From the NCBI GenBank assembly GCA_034376725.1, contig JAXMJH010000002.1, positions 12,541-76,540 of the forward strand: DNA of 64,000 nt, in the 5' to 3' direction. Below, one piece after another: positions 9,986 through 18,203 of the stretch. The position numbers and the translations under genes were made by a program. Position 1 is the stretch's first letter. Each line of letters begins with the position of its first letter. The notes beneath the pieces are model-generated. The model searched no databases. It was not told where the DNA came from and worked only from the letters and a program-made list of their open reading frames with translations. The stretch is from Lysobacteraceae bacterium (lineage in GTDB: Bacteria > Pseudomonadota > Gammaproteobacteria > Xanthomonadales > Xanthomonadaceae).

Positions 9986-11311
9986 TCAATGCCCTCGCTC
10001 GACGATTTCCGGCTCCGCGAGTCTGACCCGGGACGGCGGAAAAATGCAGCTGAACGTGCTGCCCCGGCCCATCTCGCTGGCGATCTCAAGCCGGGCATCG
10101 TGCAGGTTCAGCACATGCTTGACGATCGCCAGTCCAAGGCCGGTGCCGCCATTTTCACGCGACCGGCTGGGCGACACCCGGTAGAAGCGCTCGGTAATCC
10201 GCGGCAGGTGCTGGCGCGCGATACCCGGACCGGTGTCGCGCACCCGGAATGCCAGCTCTCCCTGATCGTTCACCTCGCAACCCAGGGTGACCGAACCGCC
10301 TTGCGGCGTGTACCGCACGGCATTGCCCACCAGGTTGGAAAACGCGCTGTGCAGTTCTTTGGTCGAGCCGGAGAGGTCGGCGTCGCAGGCATCTTCGACC
10401 ACGATCCGGTGCCGGCCCAGGCTGAGCGCCTCTCCCTCACGTCGAAGCGTTTCCAGCAATGGCCGCAGCGCCACGGTTTCTTCATTGACGTGGGCGCTGG
10501 CTTCCAGTCGCGACAGGGTGAGCAGGTCCTCGACCAGTTGCGCCATACGCGAAGACTGGCGGCGCATTTCGGTGAGCATCTCGACGTGGTTGGGCATGTC
10601 CTCGGGTTCGATCATGTCGAGGTAGCCATGGATCACGGTCAGCGGCGTGCGCAGCTCGTGCGATACGTTGGCCACGAAGTCGCGCCGCACCTGCTCCAGA
10701 TGCATCAGTTTGCTCACGTCGCGGGCGACCACCAGCCATTCGCGATTGCCGTAGTCGATCAGCCGAAGGCTCAAGCGACTGCGTTCATCGGCAGGCGCCG
10801 GCACGTCCAGCAACGGCTCGTCGGTCTGGCGCTGATCGAGCCAGTCGAGCACCCGGGGATTGCGCACCAGATTGTGGAAGCGTGCGCCGATGTCGCGCGG
10901 GTAGCGCAGGCCGAGCAGACGGGTGGCGGCTTCGTTGAACCAGGCGATCTGCAGATCGCCATCGAGAATCACGATTCCGTCGGGAAGTGCGGCGAAGGCG
11001 CGCCGGTAAGACCGGACCATGTCCAGCAGTCGCCGCCTGCGCTGCCAGGACTCGCTCTGGCGCTTGTGCAGTTGGGTGTCGAGCTCGGCCCACAGACCGC
11101 GGCCATCAGGCAGTCGAAAGCGCTGACGGCGGGCCAGCATGCACAGCGCCCGCCACAAGCGCCGATAGTGCCAGGCGACCAGTGCCGTGGAGGCCAGTGC
11201 GAGGGCCGGCCAGAATTGGCCCAGTACGATGCCAATCACCGCCGTGGAGGCATAGACGGCGGCCAGATTCCAGAGCGATTGCTGAGTGGAGCGGCCGAGA
11301 AAGTAGTTCAT
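9986..11311 (-). CDS. phoR: phosphate regulon sensor histidine kinase PhoR
   Basis: Two N-terminal TM segments, a PAS-like region, H-box FVANVSHELRTPLT and ATPase G-box GTGLGLAIVKH. It is immediately downstream of phoB. Confidence 0.9.
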   Translation of the reverse strand: MNYFLGRSTQQSLWNLAAVYASTAVIGIVLGQFWPALALASTALVAWHYRRLWRALCMLARRQRFRLPDGRGLWAELDTQLHKRQSESWQRRRRLLDMVRSYRRAFAALPDGIVILDGDLQIAWFNEAATRLLGLRYPRDIGARFHNLVRNPRVLDWLDQRQTDEPLLDVPAPADERSRLSLRLIDYGNREWLVVARDVSKLMHLEQVRRDFVANVSHELRTPLTVIHGYLDMIEPEDMPNHVEMLTEMRRQSSRMAQLVEDLLTLSRLEASAHVNEETVALRPLLETLRREGEALSLGRHRIVVEDACDADLSGSTKELHSAFSNLVGNAVRYTPQGGSVTLGCEVNDQGELAFRVRDTGPGIARQHLPRITERFYRVSPSRSRENGGTGLGLAIVKHVLNLHDARLEIASEMGRGSTFSCIFPPSRVRLAEPEIVERGH

Positions 11312-11325
11312 GCCGCAGGAGTGGC

Positions 11326-12015
11326 TCAGGTGGCGGTGGAGAAACGATACCCCGCACCGCGCACGGTTTGTATCATCGGATCGAGCCGGAACGGCTCAAG
11401 CGTCTTGCGCAAACGTCGGATATGAACATCGACCGTGCGCTCTTCGACGTAGACGTTGCCACCCCAGACGTGGTCCAGCAGCTGGGCGCGCGAGTACACC
11501 CGCTCCGGGTGGGTCATGAAGAAGTGCAGCAGGCGATATTCGGTCGGACCGATCGCTACCGGATCGTCGTTGGCGAATACCCGATGGCCAGCGCCGTCGA
11601 TCCGCAGATCGCCGAGCGACACGCTGCCGTCAGCCTCATCGGGGCGGCTGCGGCGCAGCACCGCCCGGATGCGCGCCAGCAATTCGCGCGCCGAAAAGGG
11701 CTTGACCACGTAGTCGTCGACGCCGGCATCCAGGCCGCTGACCCGATCATTCTCCTCGCCGCGCGCGGTCAGCATGATGATCGGGATTTCCCGCGTCAGC
11801 GTCTCCTTGCGCCAGCGTCTAGCCAGTTCGAGGCCACTGATTCCCGGCAGCATCCAGTCGAGGAGAATCAGGTCGGGCACTCGCCCGGCAATGGCGTTCT
11901 GCGCTTCGCGGGCATCCTGAGCCGGAACCGGGTCGAATTCGCCCTTGCGCAGCGCGTAAACGATCATGTCGCGGATCGATGCCTCGTCCTCTACGACCAG
12001 GATGCTCTTGTGCAC
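11326..12015 (-). CDS. phoB: phosphate regulon response regulator PhoB (OmpR family)
   Basis: GTG start at 12015 gives [11 protein letters not shown]... Receiver domain ([14 protein letters not shown]) plus winged helix ([27 protein letters not shown]). The longer track ORF to 12369 has no support. Confidence 0.9.
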   Translation of the reverse strand: MHKSILVVEDEASIRDMIVYALRKGEFDPVPAQDAREAQNAIAGRVPDLILLDWMLPGISGLELARRWRKETLTREIPIIMLTARGEENDRVSGLDAGVDDYVVKPFSARELLARIRAVLRRSRPDEADGSVSLGDLRIDGAGHRVFANDDPVAIGPTEYRLLHFFMTHPERVYSRAQLLDHVWGGNVYVEERTVDVHIRRLRKTLEPFRLDPMIQTVRGAGYRFSTAT

Positions 12016-12054
12016 GGGCCCACCAAAAGCGGAATGAATGATGGCTATCAGTAC

Positions 12055-12083
12055 ATAACACTTTTGTGGCCATTTTATGACAA
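12055..12083 (-). promoter_or_regulatory. putative Pho box upstream of phoB
   Basis: The minus strand reads TTGTCAT-AAAA-TGGCCAC-AAAA-GTGTTAT. These are three 7-mers with 11-bp phasing resembling the CTGTCAT-N4-CTGTCAT PhoB site. The patch is AT-rich, 40-70 nt upstream of the phoB GTG. Confidence 0.55.
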
Positions 12084-12124
12084 TGCGGCCCCGATCACGC
12101 CCGTGGAGGGCTCGGTTCGCGCCG

Positions 12125-13789
12125 TCAGCCGCGCGGCGAATTGCGGCCGCCGGGCTCCAGCCCCTGACGCTGCAATTCGAGAATGAATGGCGTGATCGCC
12201 GCGATTCGCGCGTCGACCCGCGAGCGGGTGATGTAGTCCAGGTCTTCGCGCGCCAGCAGCCGGCGATACTGGTCGAGGGCGTCGAAGGCACGGCCGCTGA
12301 GCAAGGCGACCTCGGCATAGGCTTCCGTCGCGCGGATCGCGTCGCCAGCCAGTTCGGCGGCACGGGCATAGAGTTGTTGCAGGCTGGCGTCGTTGCCGGC
12401 GGTATCGATCAGCGGGCGAATGACCGTCAGTGCGCGCCGTGCGGCGTCCGGATCCTGAAGATGAACCAGTGCCTGGACGTGGGACAGAACGATGGCGCGG
12501 TTCTCGGGAAGCGCCGTGTTCAGGCCTTCATAGCGGGCCAGCGACTGCGCCACCAGGCCCGCGCGCAGCTCGGCCTCGGCCAGCGCCAGCGCACCCCACA
12601 GGTCGCCCGGGTTCTGGTCCGAGAGTTCCCTCAGCAGGGGCAGGGCATCGGCAGCGCGGTCGGCGCGGGTCAGCGCCAGGGCGAAACCGTAGCGCTGCGC
12701 CGGGGTGAGCTGCTCGTAAAGTCCGTCGACAATGTTGCGGTAGAAGCCGATCGCCTCATTGGGGGATGCGCTGCTCAGTACGCGCATGCGCTCGCGAACC
12801 CACTCGAAGCGCTCCGGATACTGGCCGTGCGCGCCGATCGCGTCTTCCAGCCGGGGCTGGAGCTCATCGGGGATCAGCGGATGCAGGGGGCCGTCGCTGG
12901 CGGTGGCCTGAAACTCGCCGGCGGTGAAGTGACATTCCAAGACCGTTCCGTCGGTTTCGCTGACACAGGACGTTCCGCCGGCCGCGCCCTGCTGACGCAG
13001 GCCGATCTGACGGGCCCGGTCGCGGGCTTCGGCGATGCGGGTGCTGGTAACCGGGTGAGTGCGCAGAAAGTCGGGAAACCCGAACGGGTTCGAGGTGCGG
13101 AAGGCGCGCCCGAAGAAGTCGGCCATGGCCTCCGGGTTGTAGCCGGCGCGGGCCAGCATCTGGATGCCCAGCCGGTCGGCTTCGTGCTCGCTGGCGCGTG
13201 TGTGGTTGATCTGACGCTGGAGCATCAGCCCCTGGCCGCCCATGATGGCCGCCTGCGCGGCGTCCGGGCTGCCGCTGCTGGCGCCAGCGATGACCGCCGC
13301 CAGCATGCCCAGCAGAATGGGAATGGAGTCCTGCTGTGAGCGCTCGACCTGGCGCACGATGTGCCGCTGGGTGGTGTGGGAGATTTCGTGGGCCAGCACT
13401 GCCGCCACTTCGTCCTCGTACTCTGCCGCCATCGCCAGACCGGCATTGATGCCGATATAGCCGCCCAGCGTGGCGAAGGCATTAATCTCTTGCGAGCGGA
13501 CCAGAAAAAAGGTGAAGCCATTGTCCGGACGGTCGCTGGCGGCGACCAGCGAATAGGCCATGTCGTTGAGCCACTCGTCGAGCAGCGGGTCCTCGATCAG
13601 CAAACCGCCGCGCCGAAGCTGGCGGCGGGTCTGTTCGCCGAACAGTCGCTCCTGGGCCGGCGTGATCAGGCTTTGCGCTGACGAGCCGATATCCGGCAGC
13701 GCGGACGAAGCCGCCTGGGCTCGAACCGGGGCCGGAATCGCAAAGGCGAATACGAGCGCTGCAATCAGAAGAAGGCGGGACAGGGGCAC
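12125..13789 (-). CDS. M48 family zinc metalloprotease with TPR region (BepA/YfgC-like)
   Basis: Signal peptide [26 protein letters not shown], zinc motif HEISH ([12 protein letters not shown]) and a C-terminal TPR-like helical repeats. Confidence 0.8.
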   Translation of the reverse strand: MPLSRLLLIAALVFAFAIPAPVRAQAASSALPDIGSSAQSLITPAQERLFGEQTRRQLRRGGLLIEDPLLDEWLNDMAYSLVAASDRPDNGFTFFLVRSQEINAFATLGGYIGINAGLAMAAEYEDEVAAVLAHEISHTTQRHIVRQVERSQQDSIPILLGMLAAVIAGASSGSPDAAQAAIMGGQGLMLQRQINHTRASEHEADRLGIQMLARAGYNPEAMADFFGRAFRTSNPFGFPDFLRTHPVTSTRIAEARDRARQIGLRQQGAAGGTSCVSETDGTVLECHFTAGEFQATASDGPLHPLIPDELQPRLEDAIGAHGQYPERFEWVRERMRVLSSASPNEAIGFYRNIVDGLYEQLTPAQRYGFALALTRADRAADALPLLRELSDQNPGDLWGALALAEAELRAGLVAQSLARYEGLNTALPENRAIVLSHVQALVHLQDPDAARRALTVIRPLIDTAGNDASLQQLYARAAELAGDAIRATEAYAEVALLSGRAFDALDQYRRLLAREDLDYITRSRVDARIAAITPFILELQRQGLEPGGRNSPRG

Positions 13790-13982
13790 AGGGAACTCCG
13801 TTTAAATAATTGGAGCGCGGTCGCGGATCGTCCAAAGTATCGCATCGGCGGGTGAACCCCGAGTTAAGCGCGGCGGCCCTTCCGGATATGGAACGGGCTC
13901 GCCGGCTTTGCGAACGCGCGGCGCTGGTAAATATGCGACCACACCCCCATATTTCGAGTTCCCCGACCAACGGAGTGCCCCT

Positions 13983-14243
13983 GTGGCCGACATACAGATT
14001 TATACCACCGCCATTTGTCCTTATTGTCTGGCGGCCAAGCAGTTTTTGACCAGCCGCAACCAGACCTATAGCGAGACCCGCGTCGATATCGACCGCGACA
14101 AGCGCCAGGAAATGGTCACTCTAAGCGGCCGGACCAGCGTGCCGCAGATATTCATCAACGGCACCCACGTCGGCGGCTACGACGACATGGTGGCGCTCAA
14201 CCGGGCCGGCGGCCTGCAACCCTTGCTGGATGCCGCACCATGA
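13983..14243 (+). CDS. grxC: glutaredoxin 3
   Basis: GTG start preceded by GGAG. IQIYTTAICPYCLAAKQFL carries the CPYC active site, followed by TSVPQIFINGTHVGGYDD. Confidence 0.85.
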   Translation: MADIQIYTTAICPYCLAAKQFLTSRNQTYSETRVDIDRDKRQEMVTLSGRTSVPQIFINGTHVGGYDDMVALNRAGGLQPLLDAAP

Positions 14244-14632
14244 CCGACGCCGGCGACAGGGACAGGATTGCCGAGTTCACCGAGTTCAGGAAGCGCATGA
14301 ACGAGCGCATCCTGGCCGAGGACAACCAGGTGGTTCGCCGGTTTTTCGCGCTCGACAGCCAGACCTACCGGCCGGGCGCGCTGGACGGCAAGACCAAGGA
14401 GCTGCTGGGGCTGGTCGCCTCGCTGGTGCTGCGCTGCGACGATTGCATCAGCTACCACGTGGCCCAGTGCCGACAGGCCGGAGCCAGTCGCGAAGAACTG
14501 TTCGAGACATTTTCGGTCGGCCTGGTGGTCGGCGGCTCGATCGTGATCCCTCATCTGCGCCGCGCGGTCGATTTTCTCGACCGGCTGGAATCCGGCGCGA
14601 CGGCGGTGCCCGCCGCGCACGGCCACGAATGA
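14240..14632 (+). CDS. carboxymuconolactone decarboxylase (AhpD-like) family protein
   Basis: 130 aa with the CxxC-containing helix LVLRCDDCISYH typical of the CMD/AhpD fold. Its ATG overlaps the grxC stop (ATGA). Confidence 0.7.
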   Translation: MTDAGDRDRIAEFTEFRKRMNERILAEDNQVVRRFFALDSQTYRPGALDGKTKELLGLVASLVLRCDDCISYHVAQCRQAGASREELFETFSVGLVVGGSIVIPHLRRAVDFLDRLESGATAVPAAHGHE

Positions 14633-14838
14633 CCACGGATCGACAGGCGTTGGGCTGCGCCTGAGCCGCGGCCCGGGTGGCCGGTCGGCATCTGTGCCCG
14701 TACGGCGCATCAGACTGATGTCGAGTGCCTTTTCCGGCATTTTCGCGCGGCTGGCGCGCGGTCGGGCGTACGGTCGGGCATAATTTGTGCACTCGCGGCT
14801 TTTCTTGCCGCGTCTGTCTTAACGAGGTGTCTCAATTC

Positions 14839-15843
14839 ATGAATCAAACCATTGCAGTGCTGCGCGGCGACGGAATCGGCCCGGAAATCATGGATGCAAC
14901 CCTGCATGTGCTCGATGCTCTGCAAGTCGGCCTGGATTACGAGTTCGTCGATGCAGGCCTGGTGGCGCTGGAGAAAACCGGCGAACTGCTGCCTCAGGCC
15001 ACGCTCGATGCCATCGGCAAGCATCGCATCGCGCTGAAGAGCCCGCTGACCACCCCGATCGGCGCCGGCTTCTCGTCGTTGAACGTGGACCTGCGCCGGC
15101 GCTTCGATCTGTACGCCAACATCCGGCCGGCGATCAGTTTTCCCAACACCCGGTCGCGGTACGAGAACATCGACCTGATCACGGTGCGCGAAAATACCGA
15201 AGGCGCCTACATCGGTGAAGGCATGGAAGTGTCGGCCGACGGCGAAGTGGCGACACTCACCCAGAAGATCACCCGACGCAACTCATCGCGCATCGTGCGC
15301 TATGCGTTCGAGCTGGCGCGCCGGCTCGGGCGGAAGAAGGTCACTGCGGTCCATAAGGCGAATATCCTCAAGTCGACCTCCGGCCTGTTCCTGAAGGTGG
15401 CCCGCGAGGTCGCCGAGGAATACCCCGACATCGAGTTCACCGAGATCATCATCGACGCCTGCTGCATGAAGCTGGTCATGACGCCCGAGCAGTTCGACGT
15501 GATCGTCACCACCAATCTGTTCGGCGACATTCTGTCCGACCTGTGTGCCGGGCTGATCGGTGGGCTGGGGCTTGCGCCGGGCGCCAACATCGGTGCCGAT
15601 GCCGCCATTTTCGAAGCCGTGCACGGCTCTGCCCCGGACATTGCCGGGCAGGGCATCGCCAACCCGTGCGCGCTGCTGCTGGCCGCTGCCCAGATGCTCG
15701 ACCACCTGGGCAAGCTCGACAAATCCCGGGCGCTGCGCGCCGCCATCGTCGCCACCCTCGAAGCCCGCGACAGCGTCACGCCGGATCTGGGCGGCAGCGG
15801 AAGCACCGGCTCGTTCGCCAGAGCCATCGCCAGCCGGGTATAG
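14839..15843 (+). CDS. isocitrate dehydrogenase, NAD-dependent type (isocitrate/isopropylmalate dehydrogenase family)
   Basis: Start trimmed to MNQTIAVLRGDGIGPEI. LKSPLTTPIG..SLNVDLRRRFDLYANIRP and NLFGDILSD are family motifs. At 334 aa it resembles IDH3-like NAD-IDHs. Confidence 0.75.
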   Translation: MNQTIAVLRGDGIGPEIMDATLHVLDALQVGLDYEFVDAGLVALEKTGELLPQATLDAIGKHRIALKSPLTTPIGAGFSSLNVDLRRRFDLYANIRPAISFPNTRSRYENIDLITVRENTEGAYIGEGMEVSADGEVATLTQKITRRNSSRIVRYAFELARRLGRKKVTAVHKANILKSTSGLFLKVAREVAEEYPDIEFTEIIIDACCMKLVMTPEQFDVIVTTNLFGDILSDLCAGLIGGLGLAPGANIGADAAIFEAVHGSAPDIAGQGIANPCALLLAAAQMLDHLGKLDKSRALRAAIVATLEARDSVTPDLGGSGSTGSFARAIASRV

Positions 15844-16018
15844 CCCAGGCATTGCCGACTACCTGCGGGCGCGCTTGGGACGACCGGGCGCGCCACACGC
15901 CCCTATGCACACGACCCCACCTTGCAGGGTGAGCGACCTTGCGGGTTGGATCCAGAAGCGGCGAAACGCGTTGATGTGCCTCCCTCCGGCGAGCCAAAGC
16001 ACGATCGCCCGCCAGATA

Positions 16019-16057
16019 TTGACTGCGGTCAAGTGCCAATTGTGAGAAAGGTATTAA
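16019..16057 (+). promoter_or_regulatory. FNR/CRP-family type palindrome TTGAC-TGCG-GTCAA plus candidate -10 TATTAA
   Basis: Perfect TTGA-N6-TCAA dyad at 16019..16032. TATTAA at 16052..16057 would put the dyad centre near -40 of a start about 16065, the geometry of a class II FNR-type promoter. It lies about 100 nt upstream of the first cytochrome gene. Confidence 0.5.
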
Positions 16058-16131
16058 GATCGACCTGAGCCTTTTTCTTACGCGCCTGACGGTCTCCAAG
16101 GCGCATCAAAAAAAACAAAGGAATCAATGCT

Positions 16132-16461
16132 ATGAAAACACATCTCGTTATGGTTCCGGTTCTTGCGCTGGCCTTTGTCGTCTCTCCGCTGCGCGCGGCG
16201 GACGAATCTGCCGCCATGGATCTGATCAAGGCAAGCAAGTGCTCGACCTGCCACAGCGTCGACAAGGACAAGGATGGCCCGTCTTTCAAGAGCGTCGCTG
16301 ATGAGTACCGGGATGATCCCGAGGCCGTGGCCAAGTTGATCGACGTGGTGAGCAAACCGCACATGATCGAGATCGATGGCGAAGAAGAGGAGCACGGAGT
16401 GGTCAAGACCCGGGATGCGGCCAAGATCGAGAACCTCGTCCAGTGGATTCTTTCCCTGTGA
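16132..16461 (+). CDS. periplasmic monohaem class I c-type cytochrome (c551/c8-like; MtoD-like position)
   Basis: Signal peptide, a single CSTCH motif, and a downstream DGPSFKSVADEY resembling the VGPAYKDVA segment of c551. SD AAGGAA lies 8 nt before the ATG. Confidence 0.8.
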   Translation: MKTHLVMVPVLALAFVVSPLRAADESAAMDLIKASKCSTCHSVDKDKDGPSFKSVADEYRDDPEAVAKLIDVVSKPHMIEIDGEEEEHGVVKTRDAAKIENLVQWILSL

Positions 16462-16532
16462 CCGTTTGATCGACCTCCGGCACTCAGCCGGACACTCGAT
16501 CCGTTCGTAAACACTCACGGGACTGCCTCAAA

Positions 16533-17171
16533 ATGAAACGGATATGGAGTGGTATTCGCCGGTTCGGGCTCCTCAAGACCTTCTTGAGCGCGACTCTGGT
16601 GCTGTTCGTCGCTGTTCTTCTGGTGGTTGGCGGAGCTGCCGGATTGGCTTGGACCAACACCGAGGCGTTCTGCATTTCCTGTCACGAAATGAAGGACAAC
16701 GTTTACGCCGAGTTCAAGGGCACCATCCACGACACCAACCGCAGCGGCGTTCGCGCGGTGTGCTCGGATTGTCATGTGCCCCGGCAACCGGTGGATACCA
16801 TCAAACGCAAATTTGCGGCCAGTCTCGAGCTTTATCACGCGCTGCGCGGCACCATCAATACGCCGGAAAAATTCGAGGCGCGGCGTTTCCAGATGGCAGT
16901 CAAGGTCTGGACGCGCATGAAGAAAACCGACTCCATCGAGTGCCGCAACTGTCACCACCGGGACGCCATGAGCCCCGACCTGCAGTCGGCGCGCGCCCAG
17001 CGTCGACACGCCAAGGCGGACGAGGATGGCATGACCTGTATCGACTGCCACTTCGGAATCGCGCACGGCGAACCCACCGGGGATTTCGGGCCGCGCGATA
17101 TTCAGGTGAACCATGGGGCAGTGACTTTGCCGGATCCGGTGGCGGTACGTAACGCATCGGTCGAAAAATGA
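16533..17171 (+). CDS. NapC/NirT/TorC/CymA family membrane-anchored tetrahaem cytochrome c (copy 1)
   Basis: N-terminal TM helix followed by four CXXCH motifs (CISCH, CSDCH, CRNCH, CIDCH). Family context FC.SCHEM and NRSGVRA.CSDCHVP is present. Confidence 0.9.
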   Translation: MKRIWSGIRRFGLLKTFLSATLVLFVAVLLVVGGAAGLAWTNTEAFCISCHEMKDNVYAEFKGTIHDTNRSGVRAVCSDCHVPRQPVDTIKRKFAASLELYHALRGTINTPEKFEARRFQMAVKVWTRMKKTDSIECRNCHHRDAMSPDLQSARAQRRHAKADEDGMTCIDCHFGIAHGEPTGDFGPRDIQVNHGAVTLPDPVAVRNASVEK

Positions 17172-17247
17172 CGCGGATCGGGCCAAGCCATGTGGCGCGG
17201 TCCGATCCGACCTTAGAAGGTCTTAAGTCAAACGTGAGGAACGGATC

Positions 17248-18126
17248 ATGAAGAACACATTGCTGGGGCTGCTCGCCGCCGTCTCGTTGCTGATTGCAGC
17301 GCACGGATCGGCGGGCGCGCAGGAATTGTCGGCCGACGCCCTCGATCGATTGTCGTCTCAAGGCGTCGGCGCTGCGGTCTGCGCCGAATGTCACGAGTCC
17401 GAGGTCACGGTCAGCGTATTCCACAGGGACTGTCAGGCCTGCCATACCAATGCGACCGAGCACGCGACGGCACGCCGGCCGGCACGGGTCGAGCCCGGCA
17501 AGCCGGGCGTCGCACAGTGCGAGGGATGCCACGCCAAAGACGCCGAGCGGATGAATTTTGCCTTCAGCGATCACCACAAGGCGGGCCTGGAGTGCAGCGA
17601 TTGTCATGGCGTGCACGGGCCCAAACTCAAGGTTGGCGGGCAGAGCATCATCCAGCACCGCACCCAGGAAGGCTCGGCGTTGTGCGCAACCTGCCACCAG
17701 GACGTCCTGGCGCGCTTCAATATGCCGTCGCATCACCCGGTGCTGGAAGGCGGGGTTTCCTGTCTCGGCTGTCACGACCCGCATTCGAGCAAGAAGCTCA
17801 GTCTGGCCGACCAGACACAGCAGTGCCTCGATTGCCATCAGCGCCTGCGCGGCCCGCACGTCTTCGAGCACGCTCCAGTGGTCGAGGATTGCGCCAACTG
17901 CCACGATCCACACGGCTCGCCGAATGCCCGACTGCTGGTCGCCGGTCAGCCCATGCTTTGTCTGCAGTGCCACTCGCTGCCCAACAATCGTCACGGCTTG
18001 ACCGGATCCAACGCGCTCACCAGCGCTGCGCTGAGCCAGCGCACGCCGGGTGCGGTACTGCGCGATTGCGTCGCCTGCCATGGTCAGATTCACGGCAGCG
18101 CGCAGGATCAGCACCTTCGCTATTAG
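17248..18126 (+). CDS. MtrA/DmsE/PioA/MtoA family periplasmic decahaem cytochrome c (copy 1)
   Basis: Signal peptide and ten CXXCH motifs in 292 aa (CAECH, CQACH, CEGCH, CSDCH, CATCH, CLGCH, CLDCH, CANCH, CLQCH, CVACH). C-terminal CHGQIHGS resembles the family end. Confidence 0.85.
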   Translation: MKNTLLGLLAAVSLLIAAHGSAGAQELSADALDRLSSQGVGAAVCAECHESEVTVSVFHRDCQACHTNATEHATARRPARVEPGKPGVAQCEGCHAKDAERMNFAFSDHHKAGLECSDCHGVHGPKLKVGGQSIIQHRTQEGSALCATCHQDVLARFNMPSHHPVLEGGVSCLGCHDPHSSKKLSLADQTQQCLDCHQRLRGPHVFEHAPVVEDCANCHDPHGSPNARLLVAGQPMLCLQCHSLPNNRHGLTGSNALTSAALSQRTPGAVLRDCVACHGQIHGSAQDQHLRY

Positions 18127-18203
18127 CGGCTGCACCGGTGGGCTGGCTCACGGCGAGCCCACCGGCAAATCGAACTTGAGAGTTCTGAATTGGAGGCAAT
18201 GCC

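Noticed and set aside
8507-11425. 972-aa ORF on the plus strand, the longest in the window
   Set aside because: It runs antisense across ppk and phoR, both of which have unambiguous motifs. It contains no recognisable domain and is a GC-rich artefact.
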